The translations under genes were made by a program, and so were the position numbers. The notes beneath the pieces are model-generated. The model was given only the letters and a program-made list of their open reading frames with translations. It made no database searches and was not told the DNA's origin. A stretch of DNA of 64,000 bases from the NCBI GenBank assembly GCA_965277805.1, contig OZ255842.1:3104001-3168000 (forward strand), written 5' to 3'. Origin of the DNA: Candidatus Lustribacter sp. GTDB lineage: Bacteria > Vulcanimicrobiota > Vulcanimicrobiia > Vulcanimicrobiales > Vulcanimicrobiaceae. Of this stretch, positions 8,247-17,672 are shown in pieces (position 1 is the stretch's first letter; each line of letters starts with the position of its first letter).

Positions 8247-9931
8247 TGCGGGCTACCCTCGCAAAGTTCACGGTTCCGGCGGTGCTCTACGTCGTGCTCG
8301 GCGTGCTCGTCGTCATCCCGATCGTGATGATCCTGGCCGCATCGTTCTTGAACGTGCCGCCCTTCAGCGGAGCCGGCGCACTCGCGGTGACGGCCGCCAA
8401 TTACGGACAGCTTTGGAACGCCAGCATCGGCATGGCCGCGTTCAACACGTTCACGATCGCGCTCGGCGGATCGGCGCTCGCGCTCGTCATCGGCTGCGGT
8501 CTCGCCTGGCTTGCCGCACGCACGGATGTCGCCGCACCGTCGTTCGTCTATCTCGCCGGGATCATGCCGCTCTTCGTGTCGGTCCTCGTCGCGGCAGCAG
8601 CGTGGTCGTCGCTGGCATCGGGGCACTCCGGCTACATCAACCTGTTGCTCACCGGCATGGGCATCCCATGGCACGTCGACGTTGAATCGCGCACCGGCAT
8701 CGCGTTCATCTTCGGTTTGTATTATGCGCCGTATCCGTTTCTCTTTATGTACGGTGCGCTGACGCTGGTCCACTCCGATATGGAGGAGGCGGCAGCGCTC
8801 GGCGGCGCATCGATCGTCACGACGTTGCGGAAGATCACGTTCCCGCTCGTCAAGCCCGCGCTGCTCGGAGCGATGCTGCTCGTCTTCGCGCTCATGGCCG
8901 AGGACTTTCCGGTGCCGGAATTACTCGGGCAGCCGGTCGGGATCCAAACGCTCTCGGTTGCCATCTACAACCTGATGACGCACACCCCGACGCAGCAAAA
9001 TGCGGCGAGCGCGTTGAGCGTGCTGTTGATGTGCGTGACGGCGGTGTTCGTCTTCATGCAGCGCCGCCTGCTCGGCGGCAACGACTACCGCACCGTAACG
9101 GGCAAAGGCATGCAAACGCGCCGCTTCCGGCTCGGCTGGGCACGCAATTTCGCGTTCGCCGGCGTGATCGTGTACGTGGTCGTCGCGATGGTACTGCCCG
9201 GGTTCGCCTTGCTCGAGGGCACGTTCCGCACGAATTTGTACATCGCGGATGTCGGCGCGCTGTTTTCACCCGCCGGCCTCAGCTTCGCCCCGCTCGTCGC
9301 GGCCGTAACCGACCCGGTCGTCCTGAGCGGCGCACTCAACAGCTTCGGCTCCGGGCTCGGTGCGGCGCTCGTGGGCACCGCGATCTTCTTCAGCATCGCC
9401 TACGTCGTGCATCGTACGAAGTTGCCGGGCCGCGCCCCGCTCGAATATCTGGCCACAATCCCGGTCGCGATTCCCGCGCTGGTGCTCGGCATCGGCATCT
9501 TGTGGACGTGGCTCGCCTCGCCGTTGCCCGTCTACGGCACCCTGACGCTGCTCTCGATCGGCTACATCGCGCGCTTTCTGCCGCAAGGCTATCGGGCGGT
9601 TGCCTCGAGCATGATGCAAGTCCACGACGACCTCGAACACGCAGCGCAGATCGGCGGCGCGAGCCGTCCGCAGATCCTCTGGCACATCATGCTGCCCCTG
9701 ATCCGTGACGGCGTCGCCTCATCGATTTTCATCGTGTTCATTCTTTCGCTGCGCGAACTCACGGCGTCGCTCTTCCTCTACACGACGAACACGCGCACCC
9801 TCGCGATCGTCATCTACGAGAAGTACATCTCCGGCAGCTGGTCGCAGGTTGCGTCGATCAGCGTCCTCTTTACCATCGCGCTGGCGCTGGTGACGCTGGG
9901 CGGCCGGCGCTGGCTTCAGAACCGGGTCTAA
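8246..9931 (+). CDS. ABC transporter permease, fused two-domain (FbpB/AfuB type)
   Basis: TAATG overlap at 8244-8248; two EAA loops (MEEAAALGGAS, LEHAAQIGGAS). Confidence 0.92.
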   Translation: MRATLAKFTVPAVLYVVLGVLVVIPIVMILAASFLNVPPFSGAGALAVTAANYGQLWNASIGMAAFNTFTIALGGSALALVIGCGLAWLAARTDVAAPSFVYLAGIMPLFVSVLVAAAAWSSLASGHSGYINLLLTGMGIPWHVDVESRTGIAFIFGLYYAPYPFLFMYGALTLVHSDMEEAAALGGASIVTTLRKITFPLVKPALLGAMLLVFALMAEDFPVPELLGQPVGIQTLSVAIYNLMTHTPTQQNAASALSVLLMCVTAVFVFMQRRLLGGNDYRTVTGKGMQTRRFRLGWARNFAFAGVIVYVVVAMVLPGFALLEGTFRTNLYIADVGALFSPAGLSFAPLVAAVTDPVVLSGALNSFGSGLGAALVGTAIFFSIAYVVHRTKLPGRAPLEYLATIPVAIPALVLGIGILWTWLASPLPVYGTLTLLSIGYIARFLPQGYRAVASSMMQVHDDLEHAAQIGGASRPQILWHIMLPLIRDGVASSIFIVFILSLRELTASLFLYTTNTRTLAIVIYEKYISGSWSQVASISVLFTIALALVTLGGRRWLQNRV

Positions 9932-9948
9932 GAACGGGGAGTGCCACC

Positions 9949-11013
9949 TTGACGAGAGTTCGTGCCCGTCTGCTGGGCGCGTGTTTGTGCGCTTTCGCAT
10001 TGCTATCGGGCCCGAGCACGGTCTCGGCCGCATCCGGCGGTCTCGTCTTCGACGGCGTACAGATTGCCGACGCTCCGCTCCTCGATGCGGCGAAGAAGGA
10101 AGGCAAACTGCTCCTGTATGCCACGTTCGAGACGCACGGCATGGCGGAACTCGTTGCGAAGTTCCAAGCCGATACCGGATTATCGGTCGACGTCATCCGT
10201 TTGCCGTCGGCCGAAATGTTTGCCCGGGCCACGAGCGAATTTGCCGCGCATCGTTTGTCTGCCGACTACGTCGATACGACGGACCTGACCCTCACGCAGC
10301 AGCTGGCGGATCGCGGCATCCTAACCGCCTACAAAGTGCCGGATTTCAGCACACTGGAGCCGGCACTGCGCGAGAGCAACGGCAAGTGGTATACGCTGTG
10401 GCGTTCGATGATGGCGATCGGGGTGAATACCGCACAGGTGAAACCCGCCGATCTGCCCTCGCAGTGGACCGACATACTGGATCCGAAGTGGAAGGGCAAA
10501 ATCGAACTCGAGAACATCGACGCCGGCGGCAGCTCGTTCAGCTTCTGGTTCTTCTTCCGCCAGCGCTACGGCCTCGACGCCTGGCGCAAGGCCGCAGCGC
10601 AGAACCCGCGCATCGGATATGCGGCGCAGCCCGTCGCGATCGACCTTGCCCGTGGCGAAGCGGCGATCGTGGTCACCCCGGTTGAGTCGATCATGACGCA
10701 AATCGCCGCGGGTGCTCCGCTCAAGGTGATTCTGCCGCCGGGCGGTCCGGCGTTCGGGATCTCGGGCGGCATCACGAGCGTCGCGCCGCATCCGCATGCG
10801 GCGCAAGTGTGGATGAACTGGATGACCAGCAAGCACGCGAGCGCGGTATTGGCCGCGGCCGGCGCCTATTCGCTCCGGCGCGGCGCCTCAACGCCATCGG
10901 TTCCCGGCGTAGCGATGCCTCCGGCAAGCAGTGTCTACAATATTCGCGTCTCCGACTACTTGAAATCGTATGTTCCACAAGTCAAGGAATGGCACGGAAT
11001 CTTCGCGCACTGA
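9949..11013 (+). CDS. ABC extracellular solute-binding protein (AfuA/FbpA-like), copy 1
   Basis: Signal peptide, AAKKEGKLLLY, WTDILDPKWKGKI, APHPHAAQVWMNW. Confidence 0.9.
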   Translation: MTRVRARLLGACLCAFALLSGPSTVSAASGGLVFDGVQIADAPLLDAAKKEGKLLLYATFETHGMAELVAKFQADTGLSVDVIRLPSAEMFARATSEFAAHRLSADYVDTTDLTLTQQLADRGILTAYKVPDFSTLEPALRESNGKWYTLWRSMMAIGVNTAQVKPADLPSQWTDILDPKWKGKIELENIDAGGSSFSFWFFFRQRYGLDAWRKAAAQNPRIGYAAQPVAIDLARGEAAIVVTPVESIMTQIAAGAPLKVILPPGGPAFGISGGITSVAPHPHAAQVWMNWMTSKHASAVLAAAGAYSLRRGASTPSVPGVAMPPASSVYNIRVSDYLKSYVPQVKEWHGIFAH

Positions 11014-11019
11014 TAACAG

Positions 11020-12081
11020 ATGAATAGACGTCATGCGATTCGTGTAGCTTCGTTGTTGTGCGCAGCCGCGCCGCTGCTCTCACCGGGGCAAGCCTCGGCC
11101 GCCGGCGGACTAGCGATTGACGGGGATCAGATTGCCGACGCGTCCCTGTTCGATGCGGCGAAAAAAGAAGGCAAGCTCCTGCTGTATGCAACCTACGAGG
11201 CGCACGGCATGGGACTGATCGTCGACAAGTTCAAGGCCGATACGGGCCTCGCCGTCGACGTCATTCGCCTGCCGTCGGCCGAGATGTTCGACCGCGCGAC
11301 GGCCGAATTTTCGACGCATCGTTTGGCCGCCGACTACGTCGACACGACCGACGTCACGTTGACGCAAAAACTCGCTGATCGCGGAATTCTAACCGGCTAC
11401 AAAGTACCGGAGTTCGGCAACCTCGAGCCGGTGCTGCGCGACGGCGGCGGCAAGTGGTACAACATCCTGCGCTCGGTGATGTCGATCGGCGTCAACACGG
11501 CGCTGGTGAAGCCGGCCGACATGCCGTCCAAGTGGACCGACATCCTCGATCCGAAATGGAAAGAGAAGATCAGCTTCGCCAACATCGACGCCGGCGGAAC
11601 GTCCTTCAGCTTCTGGTTCTTTCTGCGTCAGCGCTACGGACTCGACGCGTGGCGCAAGGCAGCGGCGCAAAACCCGCGCATCGGCTATTCCGCGCAGCCC
11701 GTTGCGACCGACCTCGCGCGCGGCGAATCCGCAATCGTCGTCGACCCGATCGAATCGATGATCGCCGGCATCGCTGCCGGCTCACCGATCAAGATCGTGC
11801 TGCCCACCGGCGGACCGGCGTACGGCATCTTCGGCGGCATCACGAGCGTTGCACCGCATCCACACGCCGCCCAAGTGTGGATGAACTGGATTACCAGCAA
11901 ACGCGGCGCCACGGTGCTATCATCGATCGGTTCGTACTCGATTCGCCGCGACGCACCGGCCGCGGTCGTTCCCGGCGTCGCGATGCCGCCATCGAGCAGC
12001 CTGTATAACATTCGCTCGTCCGACTACGCGAAATCGTACGTGCCATTCGTCAAAGACTGGCACGCGATGTTCAACCACTAG
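11020..12081 (+). CDS. ABC extracellular solute-binding protein (AfuA/FbpA-like), copy 2 (tandem paralog)
   Basis: Colinear with 9949..11013, with long identical blocks (VDVIRLPSAEMF, RQRYGLDAWRKAAAQNPRIGY, GGITSVAPHPHAAQVWMNW). Confidence 0.9.
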   Translation: MNRRHAIRVASLLCAAAPLLSPGQASAAGGLAIDGDQIADASLFDAAKKEGKLLLYATYEAHGMGLIVDKFKADTGLAVDVIRLPSAEMFDRATAEFSTHRLAADYVDTTDVTLTQKLADRGILTGYKVPEFGNLEPVLRDGGGKWYNILRSVMSIGVNTALVKPADMPSKWTDILDPKWKEKISFANIDAGGTSFSFWFFLRQRYGLDAWRKAAAQNPRIGYSAQPVATDLARGESAIVVDPIESMIAGIAAGSPIKIVLPTGGPAYGIFGGITSVAPHPHAAQVWMNWITSKRGATVLSSIGSYSIRRDAPAAVVPGVAMPPSSSLYNIRSSDYAKSYVPFVKDWHAMFNH

Positions 12082-12097
12082 ACGAGCGTAGCGCGGT

Positions 12098-13057
12098 TCA
12101 GCCTTTCCAGATGAGATCGGTCGCGGGAACGGGCTTCGGGATCAAGCCGTAGCGCGATCCGAGGCTGAGAACCGGCGTCAGCATCGATGCGTCGAGCGTC
12201 GTTCCGTAGACCGCACGAACGATTTTGCTCGCAATTTCGGCCGGCATCTTCGTGTGGCTGGAGAGCATCGCGGCGCTTTCGGCTTGGTGACCGTTGGCCC
12301 ACTCCGATGCTTGCCGCATGATCTCGACGAATTTCTTGGCGGTCGCGCCGTTCTTCGCCAGCCAGTCTTCGGATGCGAACCATCCGAGCAGCAAGAAGCG
12401 CGGCCCGACACCGTCGAACGCGTTACCGATCACCTTGCCGACGTTCGTATCCGACGTACTGAACGGCTCGGTCGGAAAGATGATGTCGACGCGCTTCTCT
12501 TGGAGCGCTCCACCCATCGCGGGGAACGGGACTTCGACGAACTTGACCGTGTTCGAGTCGCCGCCGAATTTGTCGACGTAGCCGCGCGCTTCGATCTCCT
12601 GCAGATCTTTCAAGCCGTTGATCGCGATCAGCTTGCCGTTCATCCCGGCACCCGGCGTAATCGCGGAATCTTGCAAGACCATCACGACGTCGGTCGGTTT
12701 TTGACCAGGGTTCACGACGGCCGCCGGGGCGATCACGCGAAACGGAAGCCCGCGCAAGCGCGCGTTTCCGAGCGTGGCCACATTCGAGATACCGATATCG
12801 ATCGCGCCGCCGGCAACCGCTTGCGCCAGCACCGGTCCGCTGGCCATCACTTGGAATTCAACGGCGAAACCGGCCTTCGTGAACAGGCCGAGGTCTTGCG
12901 CGTAGTACGCGTTGGCCGCAACGTCGACCGGGATGATCCCGATCTTGAGCGGCGTGAGCGACTGACTTCGTACGATCGCCGGAAACCCGGTAACGAGCGC
13001 GGGCGCCGCAACGGCGCCGGCGATAATGCTCATGGCACGTGAACGGTTCATAACCAT
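12098..13057 (-). CDS. ABC substrate-binding protein, SsuA/THI5 family
   Basis: Signal peptide, GLFTKAG, MNGKLIAIN, VKFVEVPFP, RVD. Confidence 0.9.
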   Translation of the reverse strand: MVMNRSRAMSIIAGAVAAPALVTGFPAIVRSQSLTPLKIGIIPVDVAANAYYAQDLGLFTKAGFAVEFQVMASGPVLAQAVAGGAIDIGISNVATLGNARLRGLPFRVIAPAAVVNPGQKPTDVVMVLQDSAITPGAGMNGKLIAINGLKDLQEIEARGYVDKFGGDSNTVKFVEVPFPAMGGALQEKRVDIIFPTEPFSTSDTNVGKVIGNAFDGVGPRFLLLGWFASEDWLAKNGATAKKFVEIMRQASEWANGHQAESAAMLSSHTKMPAEIASKIVRAVYGTTLDASMLTPVLSLGSRYGLIPKPVPATDLIWKG

Positions 13058-13167
13058 AACGGCTCCCTGTCGAGCATGGTGGAATCGGTTGTCCGAGCAA
13101 TGCAGCCGGTTGGTCGCACGTTCCTTCTCTACATGGTTCGACCACGCGAGACGGCGAACGACCGCGC

Positions 13168-13893
13168 ATGCATACCGATCGCTTCACCGAGCGCGCACGC
13201 GCCTACGCCGCGACGCGGCCGGCGCATCCGCCGGCGGCGATCGACTACGTCCTCGACGGCTTCGGCGACCCGGCCGCCATCAATCTGGCCGATCTCGGGT
13301 CCGGTACGGGGCTCTCATCGCGTCCCTTCGCCGACGCCGGCGCAACGGTGTGGGCCGTCGAGCCGAACGACGGCATGCGCGATGTCGCCGAGCCGCATCC
13401 GCGGATCGTTTCGGTGAACGCTTCGGCCGAGCACACGACGCTCGACGCCGCGTCGATCGATATCGTGACGGCGTGTACGGCGTGGCACTGGTTCGATCAC
13501 GGCGTTGTGGTCGACGAAGTGCGGCGCATTCTCAAACCGCGCGGCCGGCTCGCGATCCTCGAGATCTATTTCGACGAGACCGACGCGTTAACCAAAGCAT
13601 GGCGCGACACGTACTGGCGGTTCGCAACGCGCACGCCGCAGATGCCGGGCAACTTAACCGATCACGCCCTCGCGCTCAATCCGAATGCGGTGACGCGGGC
13701 GGCCTTTCCATTCGCGCAACCGCTCGACCGCGCGGCCCTGCACGTCTACACCGACAGCAACTCGTTCACGCCGACCGATCCGGCTCTTTACAATGCACTG
13801 CACGCCGCGATCGACGCGCTGCTCGACGATCTCGGCTCGCCCGAGCGCGTCGCGCTTCACCGCGTCAGCGACGTTACGCGCATCGAGCGCTGA
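13168..13893 (+). CDS. Class I SAM-dependent methyltransferase
   Basis: RFTERARAYAATRP, ADLGSGTG, VEPN, AWHWFD, RILKPRG. Confidence 0.9.
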   Translation: MHTDRFTERARAYAATRPAHPPAAIDYVLDGFGDPAAINLADLGSGTGLSSRPFADAGATVWAVEPNDGMRDVAEPHPRIVSVNASAEHTTLDAASIDIVTACTAWHWFDHGVVVDEVRRILKPRGRLAILEIYFDETDALTKAWRDTYWRFATRTPQMPGNLTDHALALNPNAVTRAAFPFAQPLDRAALHVYTDSNSFTPTDPALYNALHAAIDALLDDLGSPERVALHRVSDVTRIER

Positions 13894-14063
13894 GCACGTA
13901 CGGAGGAGCTAAGAATTTTGTTTAAGTAGTGGTACGACTGGGCAATCGTTACCGGCTGGTGCCGCAGTGGCAGTAGCTGTGCGTGCGTTGGCGTACGCAG
14001 CCTAACAGCACGCAGCTATTCCTCGCGTCCGCATCTAATAGGTCCCGCATGGAGGCTCGGTTC

Positions 14064-14498
14064 ATGGCATCCCATGATCCGATTGGTTCGGACGGCCACG
14101 GCTTTCACATTTCGCTGCCGAACACGGCTGCAGCGGCGTCGCACGCTCGAAGGCAGTTCATCCGTTTCATCGAGCATTTTCGTGTAAGCGCGGACCTCGT
14201 TGCGGACATCGAGGCGGTCGTCGGCGAAGCGCTTGCAAATGCCGCCGAGCACGGCCACAAAAACCACGGTACGATCCGCGTCGAGGGCACTCTCACCAAA
14301 GGGTACCTTGAAGCATCGATCTCGGACGATGGCCCCGGATTCTTCTTACGCGGCCCGGTTTCGGCAGATCATCCGCCGGCGCACTCACCGCGCGGCTACG
14401 GCCTCTTCCTGATCCGGACGTTGGTGGATGAGTTGGAGTTCAGAAATGATGGTCGGACGGTCTGGTTTCGAAAGCGTCTAGAAACGGGTAGCGAGTAG
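14064..14498 (+). CDS. RsbW-like anti-sigma factor / HATPase_c_2 protein
   Basis: EALANAAEHG (N box), ISDDGPGF (G1), RGYGLFLIRTLVD (G2); RBS GGAGG before ATG 14064. Confidence 0.88.
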   Translation: MASHDPIGSDGHGFHISLPNTAAAASHARRQFIRFIEHFRVSADLVADIEAVVGEALANAAEHGHKNHGTIRVEGTLTKGYLEASISDDGPGFFLRGPVSADHPPAHSPRGYGLFLIRTLVDELEFRNDGRTVWFRKRLETGSE

Positions 14499-14504
14499 GC
14501 AAGA

Positions 14505-14783
14505 ATGAGCCAAGAAGACGATCCGGGGTCTCAAAGCAACCCCGCCTCAAACAAGAAAACTGAAGCGATTTATTCGCTACGCGAGGCTGCTGAAGCCAAG
14601 GCCCTCGCTGAAGTGAAAGCTGAGGCAAATCCAACGCCCGCGGCACGCGATGCGCTTCTCGAGGCGCGGCTCGAACTCGAAGCCAAGACTCAGGATGCAG
14701 TCGAGGCTTGCCACGAATGCGGTCACACCCATGCGGCGGATGCACCACACTACGTCGATAACGTTGTTCCCTTTAAGAAATAA
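14505..14783 (+). CDS. Small hypothetical protein with C-terminal CxxCxHxH motif
   Basis: Starts 6 nt after the anti-sigma stop; helical body followed by CHECGHTH. Confidence 0.65.
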   Translation: MSQEDDPGSQSNPASNKKTEAIYSLREAAEAKALAEVKAEANPTPAARDALLEARLELEAKTQDAVEACHECGHTHAADAPHYVDNVVPFKK

Positions 14784-14796
14784 CGGATAGCGGCCG

Positions 14797-15750
14797 CTAG
14801 AATCGCGCGATGAGGTCTTGCGCTCGCAGGGGCTTTTGAATCGCGCCGTATTTCACCGCGACGTCGATGATGGGCTGCAGGTCGCTGACGCGCAGTGCAT
14901 CACCGTAGAACGGCGGGGCCACTAACGATTGCGCGATCGCCGGCGGAAGCTTAAGCGAATCGACGAGAATCCGTTCCGTTCCGGCTCGATTCGCGTTCGC
15001 CCAGACCGCGGCATCGTGCATGGCTGCCGCAAGCTGCACGGCTGCGGCGCGATTCTTGCCCACCCAATCCGTCGTTGAAAACCAGCCGTTCAGCATGAAC
15101 GTCGGAGCGATGCCCGATTTGGTAAATCTGACGACCCGCATGTCGCCCCGCGCGACAGCCATCGCGAAGATCGGTTCACCGGCAACCGCGGCCGCAACCG
15201 TCCCCTGCGCAACCGCAACCGGCATCTGCGGAAGCGGCGCCTCAATGAACTTCACCGTCTTCGAATCGCCCCCATTAGCATCGATCCACACCTGCGCTTC
15301 AAGGCTCGATATCGAATTGAGCGCGTTGACGGCGACCACTTGCCCGTTCAAAGCCTTCGCCGTTTGCAGTTGCGAATCGGACTTGACGATCAATCCGCCT
15401 TGCGAGAACGCCGGCGTATTGAGGATGCCCGCGGCGATGTATTCGAACGGCAAGCCGCGCGAGCGCGCGTTGGCAATGCTGATGACATCGGAGAACCCGG
15501 CGTCGAGCGAACCGCCGGCGACCGCTTCGGCGATCGCGGAGCCGCTATTCATCGGTACGAGTTCGACCTTCAAGTTGTGTTTTTCAAAATAGCCCTGCTG
15601 TTGGGCAATGTAACCTAGGGCGGCGCCGATCGACGGAATGACGCCCAGGCGCACGGCCGCAGGCGGAGCGGCCTGCGAATAGCCCGGACTGCTCGCCCCA
15701 AGAGCGGCGCCGATGAGCGCAAACAAGACAATGGTTCGGATAGCGGACAT
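14797..15750 (-). CDS. ABC substrate-binding protein, SsuA/THI5 family
   Basis: Signal peptide, GYFEKHNLKVE, LNGQVVAVN, VKFIEAP; RBS GGAGG. Confidence 0.9.
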   Translation of the reverse strand: MSAIRTIVLFALIGAALGASSPGYSQAAPPAAVRLGVIPSIGAALGYIAQQQGYFEKHNLKVELVPMNSGSAIAEAVAGGSLDAGFSDVISIANARSRGLPFEYIAAGILNTPAFSQGGLIVKSDSQLQTAKALNGQVVAVNALNSISSLEAQVWIDANGGDSKTVKFIEAPLPQMPVAVAQGTVAAAVAGEPIFAMAVARGDMRVVRFTKSGIAPTFMLNGWFSTTDWVGKNRAAAVQLAAAMHDAAVWANANRAGTERILVDSLKLPPAIAQSLVAPPFYGDALRVSDLQPIIDVAVKYGAIQKPLRAQDLIARF

Positions 15751-15783
15751 GATGCCTCCGGAACTTGATTCAGAGAGCGAGGT

Positions 15784-16290
15784 CTAGGCGGTTAATTCGC
15801 GCAACCGAAGCGCGTGTGCGTTATCGCGAATGGAAATCAGGAAGTCGCGGACAAAGTCCACGTCCTTTTTGGACTTGCCCGCAAGCACGGCGTCATGCTG
15901 CTCGGCCGAATACGCTAAGATGATCGGGCGCAGCGCACACCCCTTCTCCGTCAGGAAAACGTTGATGCGCCGCCGATCTTCCGTGCTGCGGACGCGAACG
16001 ACAAAGTCGCGCTCCTCCATCGCGTCCAACACGATCGTTAACGCCGGGCCCATCACGCTCACGCGGTCGCTGATCTCACGCTGCGTCAGCCCGTCATCTT
16101 GCCAGAGTTCGCGGAGAATGAAGTACTGGCCGAGCGTCAGCTGGTGCTTTTCGATGCGTTGCTGGAAAGCCGACATTACCGCTTTCGATGCGTCGCGCAG
16201 CAAGTAGAAGAGGCTGCCCTTGGGGTCGAGGCTGAAGCCCAAACCGTGAATCGGCGGCGCCGTCGAGCTACGTTTTTGGCGATTTCGCAA
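15784..16290 (-). CDS. MarR family transcriptional regulator
   Basis: LTLGQYFILRELW.DGLTQREIS, DRRRINVFLTEKG; divergent from the Rieske operon. Confidence 0.9.
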   Translation of the reverse strand: MRNRQKRSSTAPPIHGLGFSLDPKGSLFYLLRDASKAVMSAFQQRIEKHQLTLGQYFILRELWQDDGLTQREISDRVSVMGPALTIVLDAMEERDFVVRVRSTEDRRRINVFLTEKGCALRPIILAYSAEQHDAVLAGKSKKDVDFVRDFLISIRDNAHALRLRELTA

Positions 16291-16308
16291 GCAGGAACCT
16301 CGATTCGA

Positions 16309-16326
16309 TAATACTATTAACTATTA
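16309..16326. promoter_or_regulatory. Candidate MarR operator / divergent promoter element
   Basis: AT-rich palindrome TAATAcTATTA (16309-16319) overlapping the direct repeat ACTATTA-ACTATTA in the short MarR/Rieske intergenic gap. Confidence 0.4.
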
Positions 16327-16374
16327 CTGGCATTCACGGTTTCCGTGAAGAATCCCGCTCGCAGGGAGATCCAC

Positions 16375-17652
16375 TTGAAAGAAACGTTCCTGACGCGCCC
16401 CTATGGCGCGTATCACTACAACCGCATCGCGCCGCAGAGCGACCTCGAGCTCGTGCAAACGGGCCCCGGCACGCCGTGTGGTGAGTATCTACGAACGGCG
16501 TGGCAGCCCGTCGCGCTTGCGAGCGACCTCACCGACATCCCCAAGCGCATCCGCATTCTGGGTGAGGACTTGGTGATCTTCAGAGACCGAAGCGGCGATG
16601 TCGGACTTCTTCAGATGGCGTGCAGCCATCGCGGAACGTCGCTCGAATTCGGAATCATCGCGGACCACGGCATTCGCTGCTGCTATCACGGCTGGCACTA
16701 CGCCGTCGACGGGACCATCCTCGATATTCCAAGCGAACCCGAAGGGACACTGAAGAATCGCTTATGCCACGGGGCGTATCCAACGCACGAGTTCCGCGGG
16801 CTGATCTTCGCCTACATGGGACCGCCCGAGAAAAAGCCGGAATTCGCGATGTTGGATACCTGGAACATGCCCGGCTACACGTCGGTGCCCGGACCGCGCC
16901 ACTACCTGCCTTGCAATTGGCTCCAGGTGCGCGAGAACAACATGGATCCGGTTCACACCGCGTTTCTCCACACGATCGTTAGCGGCGCGCAGTTCACCGA
17001 GCAGTTCGGCGTCGTCCCGGAGTTGGATTTTCAGGAAACGCCCGTCGGGATGATCTATTCGGCAACGCGGCGGGTCGGCGAGATGGCGTGGGTGCGGATC
17101 ACCGAGATCATTCTGCCGAACATGAATCAAACGCCGCCCTACTGGGAAACGGCCGATGAGGAAAAGAGCGGCGTACCGCCGATGCTGACGGCCTGGATCG
17201 TGCCCGTCGACGATACGAACACGGTTCGTTTCATCTTGCTCCACAATAAGGAAGGTCATGGCCCCGGCGCAGAACGCGTAACCGCAACGCTGAACTTTGA
17301 GGTCGACGAGAGCCGGACGCCGGAAGATCGGCAACGCGTGCCCGGGGATTACGAGGCCCAAGTCGGGCAAGGCGCCATCGCCAATCACGATCGCGAGCAC
17401 CTCGTTGCATCCGACCGCGGCGTCATCATGTACCGTAAGCTCGTCCGGCACGGAATTCGTGCGTTGGAAAGCGGACACGTTCCATCGACGTGGGCGACGC
17501 AAACGCAGACCCCGATTCCGACGTACTCCCGCGACACCGTGCTCCGCGTCGCCGCCGGTAAGGACGGCCAAGCCGATCGTGAAGTGTTACGGGCCGCCGC
17601 GAAGGACGTCTTTCAAAGCCCCCTCACGCGTGCACTCCACACGGTCTCATAG
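16375..17652 (+). CDS. Rieske non-heme iron oxygenase alpha subunit (phthalate 4,5-dioxygenase/LigX-like group)
   Basis: TGPGTPCGEYLR N-terminus, CSH...CCYH Rieske motif, ENNMDPVHTAFLH mononuclear Fe motif, SDRGVIMYR; TTG start with an AGGGAG RBS. Confidence 0.92.
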   Translation: MKETFLTRPYGAYHYNRIAPQSDLELVQTGPGTPCGEYLRTAWQPVALASDLTDIPKRIRILGEDLVIFRDRSGDVGLLQMACSHRGTSLEFGIIADHGIRCCYHGWHYAVDGTILDIPSEPEGTLKNRLCHGAYPTHEFRGLIFAYMGPPEKKPEFAMLDTWNMPGYTSVPGPRHYLPCNWLQVRENNMDPVHTAFLHTIVSGAQFTEQFGVVPELDFQETPVGMIYSATRRVGEMAWVRITEIILPNMNQTPPYWETADEEKSGVPPMLTAWIVPVDDTNTVRFILLHNKEGHGPGAERVTATLNFEVDESRTPEDRQRVPGDYEAQVGQGAIANHDREHLVASDRGVIMYRKLVRHGIRALESGHVPSTWATQTQTPIPTYSRDTVLRVAAGKDGQADREVLRAAAKDVFQSPLTRALHTVS

Positions 17653-17672
17653 CCGCAAGGCTGCCGCGCATC

